This document shows, piece after piece, positions 51,687-64,000 of a stretch of DNA of 64,000 nt. Location of the stretch: contig OZ037772.1 in the NCBI GenBank assembly GCA_964035545.1, forward strand, positions 9,789,150 through 9,853,149. Reading direction: 5' to 3'. The notes under the pieces were generated by a model. The model made no database searches, had not been told where the DNA came from, and was given only the letters and a program-made list of their open reading frames with translations. Position 1 is the first letter of the stretch; every line of letters starts with the position of its first letter. The translations under genes and the position numbers were made by a program. This DNA is from Bugula neritina. Lineage: Eukaryota; Animalia; Bryozoa.

Positions 51687-53493
51687 ATGTTTTCTCTGTG
51701 CTGTGCAGCTTCAATAGCACTCCTATCTTTATACAACTGTGTAAGTGCTGTCATAATTACACGCATTTAATTTTCAACTGTGTTGTGAAAATGCGTGACA
51801 TATATGCATGATTCTGTAAGTCACAAGTCTTCTAATATGGTTTTTAGAATTTCTTAAGTTGTTGAAATATACTAGTGATATTAAACTTTATTGCAGAATG
51901 CAGAGTTTCCAACCATTGTATCAGAAGATAATATAATCAAAAAGAACACAGTAAATGGGTGAGTTAGCCTTATTTCTATAAATAAAATATGTTTTTAGAC
52001 TGCAGCAGTCTTCTTTGTTATTTTCTAAAGTTTTAAATTAAAGATAACAAGCTAACTTTGTCAACAACTAGAAAATGCCTTCAATGTCAGGGTTGCATTC
52101 CATTTCTTGCTTTTTAGGTTCACGTTTGAACTTCCTGCCTTAAGCTGGAATGGAACTGCCAATGTCTATTATCTACAAGAAGACCTCAATGAGAAAGGCC
52201 GTCTGATCGTTTCAACATGGAGGGGTGTAGGCTACGCAACAGGAGATTCTAGCTTTAGCATTATAGCAGGGTCCCCTAACTCGCGTCTCCAACCAGGATA
52301 CAGAGAGGGCATAGGTTCTGTAGCAAGATTTGGTGAAATCACAAGCTTTGTTCAGCACAATAAAACTTATCTAATAGTAGTTGACAGATACAACAACTGT
52401 CTGAGGTGGGTGAACCTGGACACCAACCAGACTTCTGAAATGGTGGGAGAATGTATAGCAGGAAGTGAGAGAGTGAGCGTGGGAAGGTTTTCCAACTCAA
52501 TCCTGAAGAGACCAACTGGAATTTGCCGTGGATCCACTGAATTTGAATACTTTGTAACTGAGGGTGATGAAACTGAAGGGCTGATTAGAAAAGTTGACAT
52601 TGATCAAGCCTACACAATACTATTGGTTGAAAGAGTATCAAACTTTGTGTCCCCAGTTTCCATTGTATTCATCAATGAGATCTCCAAGCTTTTTGTTGCC
52701 GGACACAATGATATCTACAAGATAGACACTACTTCTGGTGCTGTATCTAACATAACGAGTGGCAGTACTGGTGTTAGAGATGGCGAGCTGGAGAAATCAG
52801 AGTTCAAAGATATTACGAGTCTTGCGAGTCTATCCAATGAGCTTCTCATGGTGCTTAGCGGTCGAACTGTTCAAGAACATTCCATACGTCTTGTTGACTT
52901 GAAAAATAAGCAAGTTTCCTCTCTGGAATTACGGACTCAGAAAAACTTGAAAATGCATTCTCTGCTTCACCTCCCAGAGGAGAACTCAGTGCTTGTTGGG
53001 ATGGAAAATGGTATTACCAGGATTAACTGTAAGTAATTTATCATGCATCTACAGTCTACATGGATATTGAGCATTGATCTCTTATGTTTTTATTGTGTAT
53101 ATTGATATTATATATAGAATAGTTTAAAGGGTAAAACATATATTATAAGCTATAACACATTTATTCACAGTGATTAATGGCTTTTTTAATTTTTCGTAAG
53201 TTTTATTGTTATTGAAGATTCCATAGAAAACCTAATTAATATAATATTTATCTCAAAACACAAAGTTGAATAAGTTACCTCAAATTACATCAATTTGTTT
53301 AACATTTTGAAAATGACTGAACAACTGGGTGATGTTCAAAATAAAAATGATAGATATTTAACCTTTGAACTGCACAGAATTACAAATATTTGTCTTTGTT
53401 TCAGATGCTGTGTCCGATACGAAGGAAAATAGTGGCTACAGAGTTGTACCTGTATTGCTCATGTTACTTGTAGGACTATTCATTACCTTGTAG
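51687..53493 (+). CDS. NHL-repeat beta-propeller surface protein with signal peptide and probable GPI-anchor signal (~371 aa)
   Basis: Exons 51687-51740 (MFSLCCAASIALLSLYNC), 51897-51958, 52118-53028 and 53405-53493 (YAVSDTKENSGYRVVPVLLMLLVGLFITL*), phase-consistent. NHL motifs IAGS...GYREGIGSVARF, VVDRYNNCLRWV, GVRDGELEKSEF. Confidence 0.88.
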
Positions 53494-53755
53494 ACTTAGT
53501 TCTATGTAAAGAGAACCTGATTTTGGACACATCTATGACTCGCCCCACACTGTAGCATCACCGTGCTATGGTTTTAAGCTAGAAATGTTGATACTTATCT
53601 TAACAGAAGTGCTTCGCTGCCACTCTGACATACTGCTCACAGTATGAGTCATCAAAGATGGCTGATTATATCACTAAGCCGCTAATAGTTACATTAAAGA
53701 GCCACCAAGTCTGGGATATTGCTTGCTTTGGCTGGCAGTCAATGATTATTCATAT

Positions 53756-53900
53756 TGCTTTATATAAATGGTAGCTTGTGCACCTATATTTATATAAATG
53801 GTAGCCTGTGCACCTATATTTATATAAGTGGTAGCCTGTGCACCTATGTTTATATAAATGTTAGCCTGTGCACCTATATTATATAAATGGTAGCCTGTGT
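53756..53900. repeat. ~30-bp minisatellite (tttatataaatggtagcctgtgcacctata), ~5 copies
   Basis: Direct observation. Confidence 0.9.
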
Positions 53901-55379
53901 ACTAAAGCCCAAATTTCTGAAGTTAATCATTGCTTGTAAGTCATGCTATGTTTTGCTATGCATGCTTGTAGGACCCGACATAATGCTTGCTGGAGCAATC
54001 TTAATAGTTATAGACATATAATATACTTATACTCATAATCATAGGCTTACGCTTGTTCAAATGTGAGATGTTATTAAGAATTTATATTAATTTCTTGCTG
54101 CTTGATTTATATAAATAAAAAAAGTAAATTTATATTATGGTTGCCTGCATTCATTTTTACCACTGCATTCATCTTTAGATTTGTTTAAAACCAATTTTGA
54201 TTATGAAATATAAGTTTATTTTAGTAAATTACATAAATAAGGTTCTAAGCTAAAATTATATTTTTCATTTATTCATTTTTAAAGAAGCTATGAGCTAATA
54301 AAATTATATATTATTTTCATATTTTATACTTGCATATAGTATAACAATAAATATATTTTTAAAATATAATTATTCAAGTAATTTGATATCAAAGTTTCGC
54401 AATGCATGATAGTTGTACGCAAAAATTTTAAACAGCATTGCGTGTTTAAAATCAATTAAAGATGTGAAGTGAAATAAAAATACACAAACAGTAAATAAAA
54501 AAGTGCTATTCGTTTATACTTTTATTATGATTAAAAATATTTTTTACATACAAAACTGCAAATGCAATAGTCCCGGAGAAACTGCAGGCAAAAATAATGA
54601 GCAATTGATTTACACAGATAAGGAAAAATGTAGATTAATATTGCTGATGGGAATGCAAACCGTACTGACACTAACAGGATGTGAGTGGAGCGTCTACTCT
54701 ATACAGATATCTGATAAAACATTACTAGTACAATGTAACATGACGTAAATATTACCGCAAAAATAGAGTGATGACTCAATTTAGTCTAACAAATATGAAC
54801 TCTAAACGTTAAAACAACAGCAAATTTATAAATATAGTTATTCTAGTTTCATGGTAAAGTACCTTTGATTCACCTATTACAACGAAACAATAATGGATGG
54901 AAAAAATATACCAGCAATAAACTGTTTTTAAATTCAAATGCATTTCACTGGAGTAAAAAAAATGTAGATGTACTTAACATTTCACCGTGTATACAGTCTA
55001 CAGTGAAAAACTTAAGTCAAATTTCAATGATAGTAAAAAGCAATAGTGTGAATTCAAAATTGGCACCTGATATGATGTGTTTAAGTAGAAACAGAAGAAA
55101 TATAATTTAGCTGATTAGATACCCTTTATAGTAAAATTTATGCATTCAGTTTGCAGTTTAACTTCTAAATTTCCTACACATTCTCAACCAGGGATTAGAT
55201 AATAGGAATTGCTACAGTAAAATATTATTGCACATAAAACATCATACTTATAACAAGTGAAATGAAAGAGAGTTATTATAATTGCCTAGTGAGAAGCATA
55301 TCATTTGATAATCAAATACTAGCAACTCACAGTTGGCAACCGCCAATTTGAATTCTCACAACTAGCAATATATTACCAG

Positions 55380-55540
55380 TAATTAGCAACTAAAATAGCA
55401 ACTAGTAACTAATAGTAACTAACAACTAGCAACTGATAATAACAACTAGCAACTAATAGTAACTAGCAACTAGTAATTAAAAACTAGCAACTGATAACTA
55501 TAGTAATTAGCAACTAGCAAATAAGAAATTGCAAATAGCA
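55380..55540. repeat. Degenerate (AACTAGC)n simple repeat
   Basis: Direct observation. Confidence 0.75.
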
Positions 55541-55913
55541 ACGACTACACAGAACCACCTTGCAATAAGCAAAATTTCTGTTTAAACCAGATTCATTCAC
55601 ATTAAAATGGCACAAAACAAAATATATATAAAATGCTAAAAATATATGCTTTACTTAAAACAGTAAAATTATATTTAACGTTTCCGGTTGGCAGAAGTAA
55701 TTGTTCCATAAAATTTAAATACAAAGTAGATGTGTCAGGAGAAGAAATTATAAGCATAATTATACACGAATATAAAAATATAATGATTATTATGAAAATA
55801 TCACCATATGAGTATTAGATCATCACTGAGTAGACATAGATATCAGTTTGAACTCAGTAATCGAGACGGGGGGGGGGGGGTGGAAGAACTAGACCAATAT
55901 TCCTGGCAATCTA

Positions 55914-58900
55914 TTAGGTCGATTCCCGGCTTTCAGCTACAAAATCAAATCAGAACCATTGAAAAAGTAACTGCTTTTTAAACCTTAGCAAATTGTTAAA
56001 AATAAATCTTCAACACATTATGAAATAATAGTCTATAACATATTTGTTGTTTTGCAGATTTTATCTTCTAGTTTTACTGAAAAATAATATGCTAAATAGT
56101 ACGGAATAATAGTTGCAGCGCAAAAGTTTGGAACCACTGAGTGCAGTGTTTGTAGGCTATACACCAATATTTAGCTCAGTGACTCCAAACTCTGTGCTGC
56201 TTCTATCTATTTACTATTCAACCTCAGAAAGTATATGGTTTAATAGAGAAAGTTCTAGGAAACTACTACTTCGGCTTATATTGAAAAATACAGAAGATAA
56301 CCAAAACAGCCAGTCTGGAACACAGGCTACACATGAACAAACCTGAATGGCGAATCTTAGACTGGGAACCTGATTTGGTGAAGGACTTGGTGTGATCGGT
56401 AGTCCGTATGAAAGAAAACTCATCACTCACTAAAACAAGTTTAAGATCACTGGTTAAGATAAAAGATACGCATAGAAAAAAATTGGTAACTCAACAATAA
56501 GATTGGGCAACAAAATGAAGTGAGATTTAAGATGACATGTGACAATGTCACAGCTGTCAGAGTGACACTCTTAAGCAGGTTCTTGCAGGTACACAAGCTT
56601 TTAGATTAAAAGTTCTTTGTTATTTAACTAGTTATAGAACCAGAAAATCTTCTTAAGACTCTGCTGTTTAAAATCAATTTCAATGAAAAATTTGCGTTTC
56701 TTATTTACAACAAAATAGGGCATAGGTCTGAAATCTAAGTAAAATACGAGGTCCCTTGTCAAAATTATGTAACATACTAAACTCTGATAAAAATATATGT
56801 TTTTAGGAAAGGGTTACTAATAAACCTTTGGTAGATGAAGTCTTAGAGCTTTTCTTCTTTTTGCTGGAAGCTTTGCTAGCCCGTGATTCATGATAGCTAG
56901 TTTTGCTATTGGAAGGGGTGGGTGAGGCAGTGTCCACAGAAAGTATATCAGTTGATTTGGTACGCCTCAGTCTATTCTTGGAAAAGTCATTGAATATCTT
57001 TCTTATTGAACCTGGGAATTAACAGCAAAAAATAAAACATCACACTTTGCCTTATTTGAATCATGCGACAACTTAATTTCATCAATTCTCAACATGCTGC
57101 CGACATCGTTTAGGTTTTTTCAATAGAATGCAGATCAACACATGGTTGCAAGTTATTGTTAATGTTATCCAAAAATGAGCTCGCAACTAGTGAACTATAG
57201 CAAGTAGAAAACACTACACAATTACATGGGAATTTTGAGCTATTGGGTTGTATCTGATAATTCTATCACCTGAAGATGAACAGTAATGACTTGAAACAAA
57301 AAGAATATACACAGTAAGGTATCAAAGAGGTGTCAGAAGTAGGTCAACAAGGTGTCAGAAGTAGGTCAACAAGGTGTCAGAAGTAGGTCAATAAGGTGTC
57401 AGCCATACCATACAGAAAAATTCAGACAGCAAATGAGTTGAAAATTTATTTTTAAAAAAAGTTTTTTCACATAATAAAATATCATGAATTTTCACAACTT
57501 AAAAAGAGGGACTACACAATAGCAATGGTTGGGAAATCAGCAATAACTCTGCCTGTATAGGTTGATTTCAGTGCTCAATGACTCAGTTATCATAACAAGC
57601 CACTCCCACTTCATCCTTATTGGTCAGAAAAACAGCTGATACTGACATGAAAACATTGTTCTATGATGGAACATGTGTAACCCTAGAAGAGAATTCTTAT
57701 GTGGTCGCAACTCCAACAACAAATTATTTATTTGCATTATTTTAAACTGCAAAGACTATCGCAAAACATGAAAAGAAGCCGAAAACTATACGTCAAACTA
57801 TCATTAGTCTAAAAACCTTTAAATCTTGTGGAGCCCCCCCCCCTCAAACCTCATTAGTATATGCTTTCATGCAGGCTATACAGTGTCTCAAACCTGGTTA
57901 AGGCTATAGGAGTACACACTGTTTATAGCATCACCAAGTGGCTTGTCAAAATATGAACTCACAATCTTTGAAACATTATGATATAACTTGCTGAAGATCA
58001 TTAACATGACCACTGAAACAAAACTCTGTAGGATATTTAGACTGGCTTCCTTGTGTTATATGCTAACTCAGCAATGAGTTGAACTAACTTAGTTATATAA
58101 CATTACCTCACCAATGAGTTAGACTCGCTGTGTTATATACTGACTCACCAATGAGACGCACTGTGTTATATAATAATACCTCATCAATGAGTTGAACTCA
58201 CTGTGTTATATAATATTATCTCAGCAATGAGTTAGACTCACTGTGTTATATAATATTAACTCACCAACGAGTTAGACTCACTTGTTATATAATATTAACT
58301 CACCAATTCCAGACCAGTTGGGTTTCTCATCTTCAGAGTCGTCTTCTGTGGCTACGGGAGGATGTGGGAGTCGGACTAGATTTGGTGGTGAGACGGCCGC
58401 CCATAAATACCCGTCTTCATCCTAAAAGTTGTGAAACACTTGTGAAAAAAAATTTAAAAAAATTCTGATGATTCGTTATGAAAATTAAAATAGCTTAACA
58501 CACACTTCAATCAGAATGTGTGTTACATTAGGTTTTGGTAGCAATTATACGCCAGGATACATGAGATAATGGAGTGTTGCATGCCATTGGAAAATTCACA
58601 GAACTCTTCTAGTTAAAAATTTCACAGCTGGAAGATGTTTTAACAAGAATTTTGTTAACCCAAGAGAAATGAAAAGGAAATTTCTGTCAAAAATTCACAC
58701 AAGCATAAATTATCAGTATAAGAGTAACTAGAAAAGATCATAATTATTATTTAAATGAGTATTAAACCAAGTTTTAAACAATTCATAATCATTATAATTC
58801 TTAACATATTACTTTACAATTATGTTCATTCCTATTTGAAAAATTTAACCAAAATTTGGTATAAAAGAACCTTCATTAAAGTTAAACTTAAGAGAGTATG

Positions 58901-61900
58901 GGGTTACAGCAATGCTAACCACAACGTGAGTACGTTTATTAAAAACCTGCTAGCAATAATGATATCTCATTATGACAAAGCTGAAATACCTCGTATGACA
59001 TCTGCCTTGACTGTTCAACGGAATTATTCAAAATTTCACACTCGGCCTCAACTTTGTTAAAAATAGCGACTGCCTCTAACAGCGCAGTTTCTTTTTCATT
59101 ACAGGAAGCAGTTATCTCCTCCGGTAAAGCATTATTTATCGGCTCTCCGTCCAGCGTGACGTGCCAGATGGTAGCTGAAAGGGAAGTAATGTAGTAATAG
59201 GCAGCATAAGTAGAGAAGAGTGACTGTTGGATAGAGAGACTAAAGGCTTACAAACAAATGAAATGTTTATTCAACATTAATATTATGTTAAAGTAATATT
59301 TGGAATTATTTTCAATTATTATAATCTAGGCCCACACGCAAAAACTAACCCAATCTGGCTAGCAAGAAGCATTAAAAATGTTGAATATACATGAATGAAA
59401 TATTAAACTATTTTTATAGTTAAAGTATTAAGTGTTTGAGACAAGTAGCATAATATGTAAGAAAAAAAACTCGGAAAAAATATATCTAACTTATTATCAC
59501 ATGACCTCATCTATTTTCGGTCACAAAAGAGAGAACGACTCTAACAAACACAAACCATATACAGGCATACTACCAAAGCCTTAAAAAAGTAGTCCCATGC
59601 CTATGATATATTAATGCAGGGGGGGGAGCTTTGGGAATCAGAAAGAAAGCTAAAAGCTGTAATACATGCCTACGCTATACCACAGAATCACTAAACACAA
59701 GAATGACTCATAATAAAATACTATTATAATTTTCAAATGGAAGATAATTCCAATAAATAGCCCAAAAATACCTTATAACTTAAGTAACTTACTGGGTTGA
59801 GAGACCCTGGGTTCAGATTCTGCCACCTTTGTTCTTCTAGGGACATTATTTATTTGTTCGTAAGCTCCATTGTCATTGGGCAGAGTAGAAGTTCCTGTGA
59901 GAAAAATAGATTTGTCTGTAAGTACAAAATTCAACAACTACCCTAAGCACAGTGTTTTATAATAGAAATATATTACTGCTCATCATAATAATATGGACAG
60001 GGTACGTGTGAAGTTGTATGGGTATTTAGCTGATACTTTTGGAGTGAGCTCCTCTTGAAAAAATGAAATAATACAGTTCTAATAGAAATAATATTATTTC
60101 ACCTGTAAAATAATAGACAACCACAGGTAAAGTTGAAGATAATCTTTAGAATAATATTTTACTGCTTCCTAAGTTATTAATTGAAGATAGGATTTTATAT
60201 CTGAGAGCAAAAACATGTTCAGGCTATCTGGGTGAGAGATAAGTCACCATAAAAAAACTCAGTTCAGTTTTTAGTCACCATCCCTGGGAGAAACCCTTGA
60301 TGGAAGGGGTTTTTGGTAAATTGGGTTAAGGACTTATTTAGATATGGCATAGGAGCAATTATGACTGGATGTTCTTCCTAACATCACCAATGGCCTATGC
60401 TGAGGGTCGAACCCATGACTTTGTGTTTACTAAGCCAGCGCTCCAACCCCTAGACCATGGCTGCATCTAGACAAGCCACCATAAGACTTGGTTAAATATA
60501 GCTCCAGTAAGACTGCGGATAAACTATCACAGCAAAGTCTCACTTCTGGAAGATTCTTTCCCACCGTAGTTGACCTGCTCATAGCTTAAGGTTTCCCGTG
60601 AGCCCGGAGTCTGTAGCGGGACAGGAAGTGGCCTGTTCAAAGCTTTCTGGTCTGTGAGACTTCTTCCAGCATCTACCGAATCAGCTCTTGTTTGCCTCAA
60701 CTTAGCAGACGGCAAAGAACTGAATGTTGATTGGTGACTGGCTACAATGCTAGCTTCTGATTGGTTGATTGATAAAGAAGTGAGTGCTGATTGGTCAGTT
60801 GGGGAAGAAGAAGTCGGAGGTGTGTTTATAGCATATGGACGAGGAACAGTGGGTACAGGAGGTGGTTCTATCTCAGTCTCTGGCTCTACAACATGTGACA
60901 ATATATTTTACAATCTTCAAGTAACAAAGAAATAAGTTCACCGCAAATCTATCCATTATATTAGTACGTAGTTATTTTATCCTATTTTACGTGCTTTCGA
61001 GCAGTCATATAAACTTATCCAAAGGCTCAATCAATGTTTCGGTCACAAAAAATTAAAAAATAAGACAACTCCAAATTATTGCATACACTGTGGGAGGTTA
61101 AATAAATAAGCAATGCAGCTGCATTTGCTAAACTGTAGCTAATGAGTAACCTACAGTATCAAATGGCAGCAATGTGAGATAAAGCTGCAAATAGTTAAAA
61201 GCTAAACATAATATGAAGTTACAGAGGAACCAGGCATGATTAACTGGTAGAAAGAGAATTGTGCTACCTTGTAAAACATGTATATTTTAAAAGGAATGCG
61301 CTTTAGCAAAATGTGAATACATATTAGGCAAATAAAATTCAAAATGAAGTCAAACTGTAAGTGAAAAAGCGCTGAGTAGATAAGAAAAAAGCATATTAAT
61401 AGATTTAGCCTGTGTTACAGCATAAATAGACTAAAAACCACACCTAAATCAGAGCTGCTCTCAGCGTTGTGGTGAGTTTCCGCAGGTGGAATATTATTAT
61501 CAAAGAGGTAAGTGGAGGTAACTCTGGGTGAGCTATTTCCTGTAAACAACAACCTGGCCAATCAGGTGCAACACAACAGCATTGGTTTTAGTAGAGTGAT
61601 TACAGAGATGAGACAACTCCAAATAAGAGCAGCAACACTTGCTTAGCTTAAGAGCATACATAAAAACATATTTATAAGGTTGAAGAACCCCCTCCCTCCG
61701 ACATTCAATTATGAAGTGTTTGATGATGTGGTTAGCCGACTATTAATTAGGAATTGTCTGCTCATTGCTAAAGATGTATTGCCTTTATAAAAGCCAATTA
61801 TCATAAAGTGGATTATCACAGAAGTTGATAAAAAGTGGACATTTTTTATAATCAAAACATTTAAAGAAGCGCATTAAACACACACAAATTAGTAGATTGT

Positions 61901-63892
61901 AAGCCACAACAACACAGCTACACTATATTTTCAGTTTACTGAAGCTACTAGCATGGAGTCCTGACATATGAATGGTAGTTGATCTAGGAGAGAGGAATAT
62001 TAGACAAGAATTACAAATCAGTTTGACTAGAGATTAATGAAGCAAACAAACCATCATCCTCAATGACACCGGCCAAGGAATAGACAGTTGAGTCTGTTGC
62101 CGTAGTAACAGTGTCAAGAGTATCCAAGGAGTGTGCCTCAGCAGCGGCAGTGCTATCAAATTCATTGGTCACAGCTGACTTTGACTGGAAATAAACAATA
62201 AAAGAAAAAATTACAATAGAAGAATAAACTGAGGTATTGTGATGATTACCTTCAAAGAAAGCTTTTTGAAAGTTATTTTACTGCAATGACTGATACCCAC
62301 ATGTCCAGTTGAAAAGTAATGAAACTGTTGAATATATAAGTAAAACTCGAAAGGTAACTTAGTATAATGTTTTACACAAAAAGCCTTCAGCGAGAGTCTG
62401 ACAAATATAAATTAATACATGATACCCAACACTGGGTTGTGGTTTGAGAACTTGGTAGACTTTCATAAAATGCAACTATAAGAATTCTAAGACAGCTAAA
62501 GATATACCAAAATGTTACATCATTATAGAATGTCAAATAATATATATTTCATTCATGGCAACTAAAACAAGTGGTAACCAATCGATCCCACTCTTAACCA
62601 GTCAGTCTATTAGAAAACTCGGATGTGTGAGGTAGAAAAATCATACCTGGGCGTGATCGGCGCTAGTCTCAAAGTTATGAAGCAACTCGTTATTGAACAT
62701 GGCGTTAGCATACTCGTGCTGTTCCTCTTTTGGCGAGAGCATCAGCGAACTGAGAATAGAGATAATAACATCACTATACTATGACATCACTATACTATGA
62801 CATCACTATCCTATGACATCACTATCCTATGACATCACTATCCTATGACATAACTATACTATGGCATCACTATACTATACAGTAAGAGTCTACTATGACA
62901 TCACTATAGGTTTAGAAACCTTCAAATCGCAGATCAGGGCAGACTCAAGTGAACTCATACGAGTGCAATAAACTCGAGAGCTAATAACATGCAAACCAGT
63001 AGTTAAACAAGCTGTTAGTTGCAGCAAACAAACATTAAACTATGCCATCCTAATCAACAAACTATACATATCTCAACACTTTTCAATGTTCAAATAGCTT
63101 TTTTGACACCAATTTCAACCTTCGTTAAACTCACATTGACTACACTTGTGCAAAAATGACAGCCACTAATAAGTAAGTAGCCATACTGTGAAAAGTACAC
63201 ACGTACTTGCGAACTAAGTCTGTCAAATCTTCACAGCTTCCAACACTCCTACGAGTTTTTCTACTTCGAGGTGGCACAGCGAGAACGTTTATTCCTATAA
63301 ATAAGATATTATATACTATAGGATACTGAAATATCACACCAGGTCAATGTTTGGGTTACAAAACAACCTGCTATTACATTACATTATTAGCATGACATAT
63401 ATTATAACATATCCTATAAGAATATAGTATAGCAATCAATAGTAATATATAAATATAACATTATATCATGGAGTAGTACCATACATAGTAGAGTATACAG
63501 ATTACTACTATACAGAGTAATACTATACATATTACTACTATACAGAGTATCAATGTGATTTTAAAGATTTTTAGTGAAAGGTTTTCTGTGGAGTATCTCT
63601 TCAACTGATTTTCAAATCCACATTCTGTTGTCAACCATCAAAAAAAATCTATAATAAAATTTATAATTAAAAAACCAAAATATTTTTAAAGAATCCATTT
63701 AACCATACATAATTAAACACAAAATAATTTCTCTAAAATGAATACAAAATTTCTATTTCTTTGACTTAAAACTTGAGAGCTACAAACCACAGGGTCTGGA
63801 GGGAAGACTCCCATCTTCAGAAGGAGTAGGAGCGAGGTAACTGGGTAAGTCTACAGCTTCATAAAATGTGGGTGGCGGCGTGGCCAGACTAA
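55914..63892 (-). CDS. 3' part (~520 aa, 12 exons) of a disordered tyrosine-motif-rich signalling protein or receptor tail; 5' end outside the window
   Basis: Phase-consistent exons 63892-63788, 63294-63207, 62749-62647, 62184-62052, 61539-61444, 60885-60544, 59894-59793, 59174-58990, 58421-58304, 57011-56826, 56429-56343, 55936-55914 (stop TAA). Confidence 0.8.
57327..57402. repeat. 22-bp tandem repeat (aaggtgtcagaagtaggtcaac), ~3.5 copies
   Basis: Direct observation. Confidence 0.9.
58050..58306. repeat. ~40-bp minisatellite that includes the exon's splice donor
   Basis: Unit tgttatataatattaactcaccaatgagttagactcactg, ~6-7 degenerate copies. Confidence 0.85.
60270..60467 (-). mobile_element. 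tRNA-derived SINE (second copy)
   Basis: Reverse complement gcagccatggtctaggggttggagcgctggcttagtaaacacaaagtcatgggttcgaccc, followed by the same body as 8987-9185. Confidence 0.78.
62768..62908. repeat. 17-bp minisatellite (tatgacatcactat(a/c)c), ~7 copies
   Basis: Direct observation. Confidence 0.9.
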
Positions 63893-64000
63893 CTGAAAAA
63901 TATATACATAGGAGCTTAGGCTAATGATCTGAAAAACCCAGCTATATTATGATATCTAAGTATAGTAATGCATTTAGTCTACTTGAAATAAAAACACAGA

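Overview
AT-rich eukaryotic (invertebrate-like) genomic DNA with GT-AG introns; most short ORFs in the supplied track are antisense or microsatellite artefacts. I rebuilt spliced genes by hand and checked phase at each junction. (1) 630-1848 (+): 3' part of a beta-propeller (NHL/YVTN-like) gene. (2) ~3095-3503: a 272-bp tandem repeat carrying two minimal type I hammerhead ribozymes (- strand; one intact, one core-mutated) next to a (TA)n tract. (3) 4311-12498 and 13286-19197 (-): two tandem, deeply diverged paralogues of an unrecognised family with matching exon sizes and phases and long acidic or low-complexity tails. (4) ~19.6-51.1 kb: a triplicated ~10.5-kb unit. Each copy holds an apparently intact 9-exon gene for a Pro/Ala-repeat, acidic, tail-anchored membrane protein with LIR-like motifs, a 31-bp minisatellite, a pseudogene of the adjacent NHL gene and a decayed repeat-domain ORF. 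(5) 51687-53493 (+): an intact NHL-repeat gene with a signal peptide and a GPI-type C-terminus. (6) 55914-63892 (-): 12 3' exons of a disordered, tyrosine-motif-rich signalling protein. There are also two copies of a tRNA-derived SINE and several mini/microsatellites. No CRISPR array, rRNA or true tRNA was found. No database searches were run; all family and function calls come from visible motifs.
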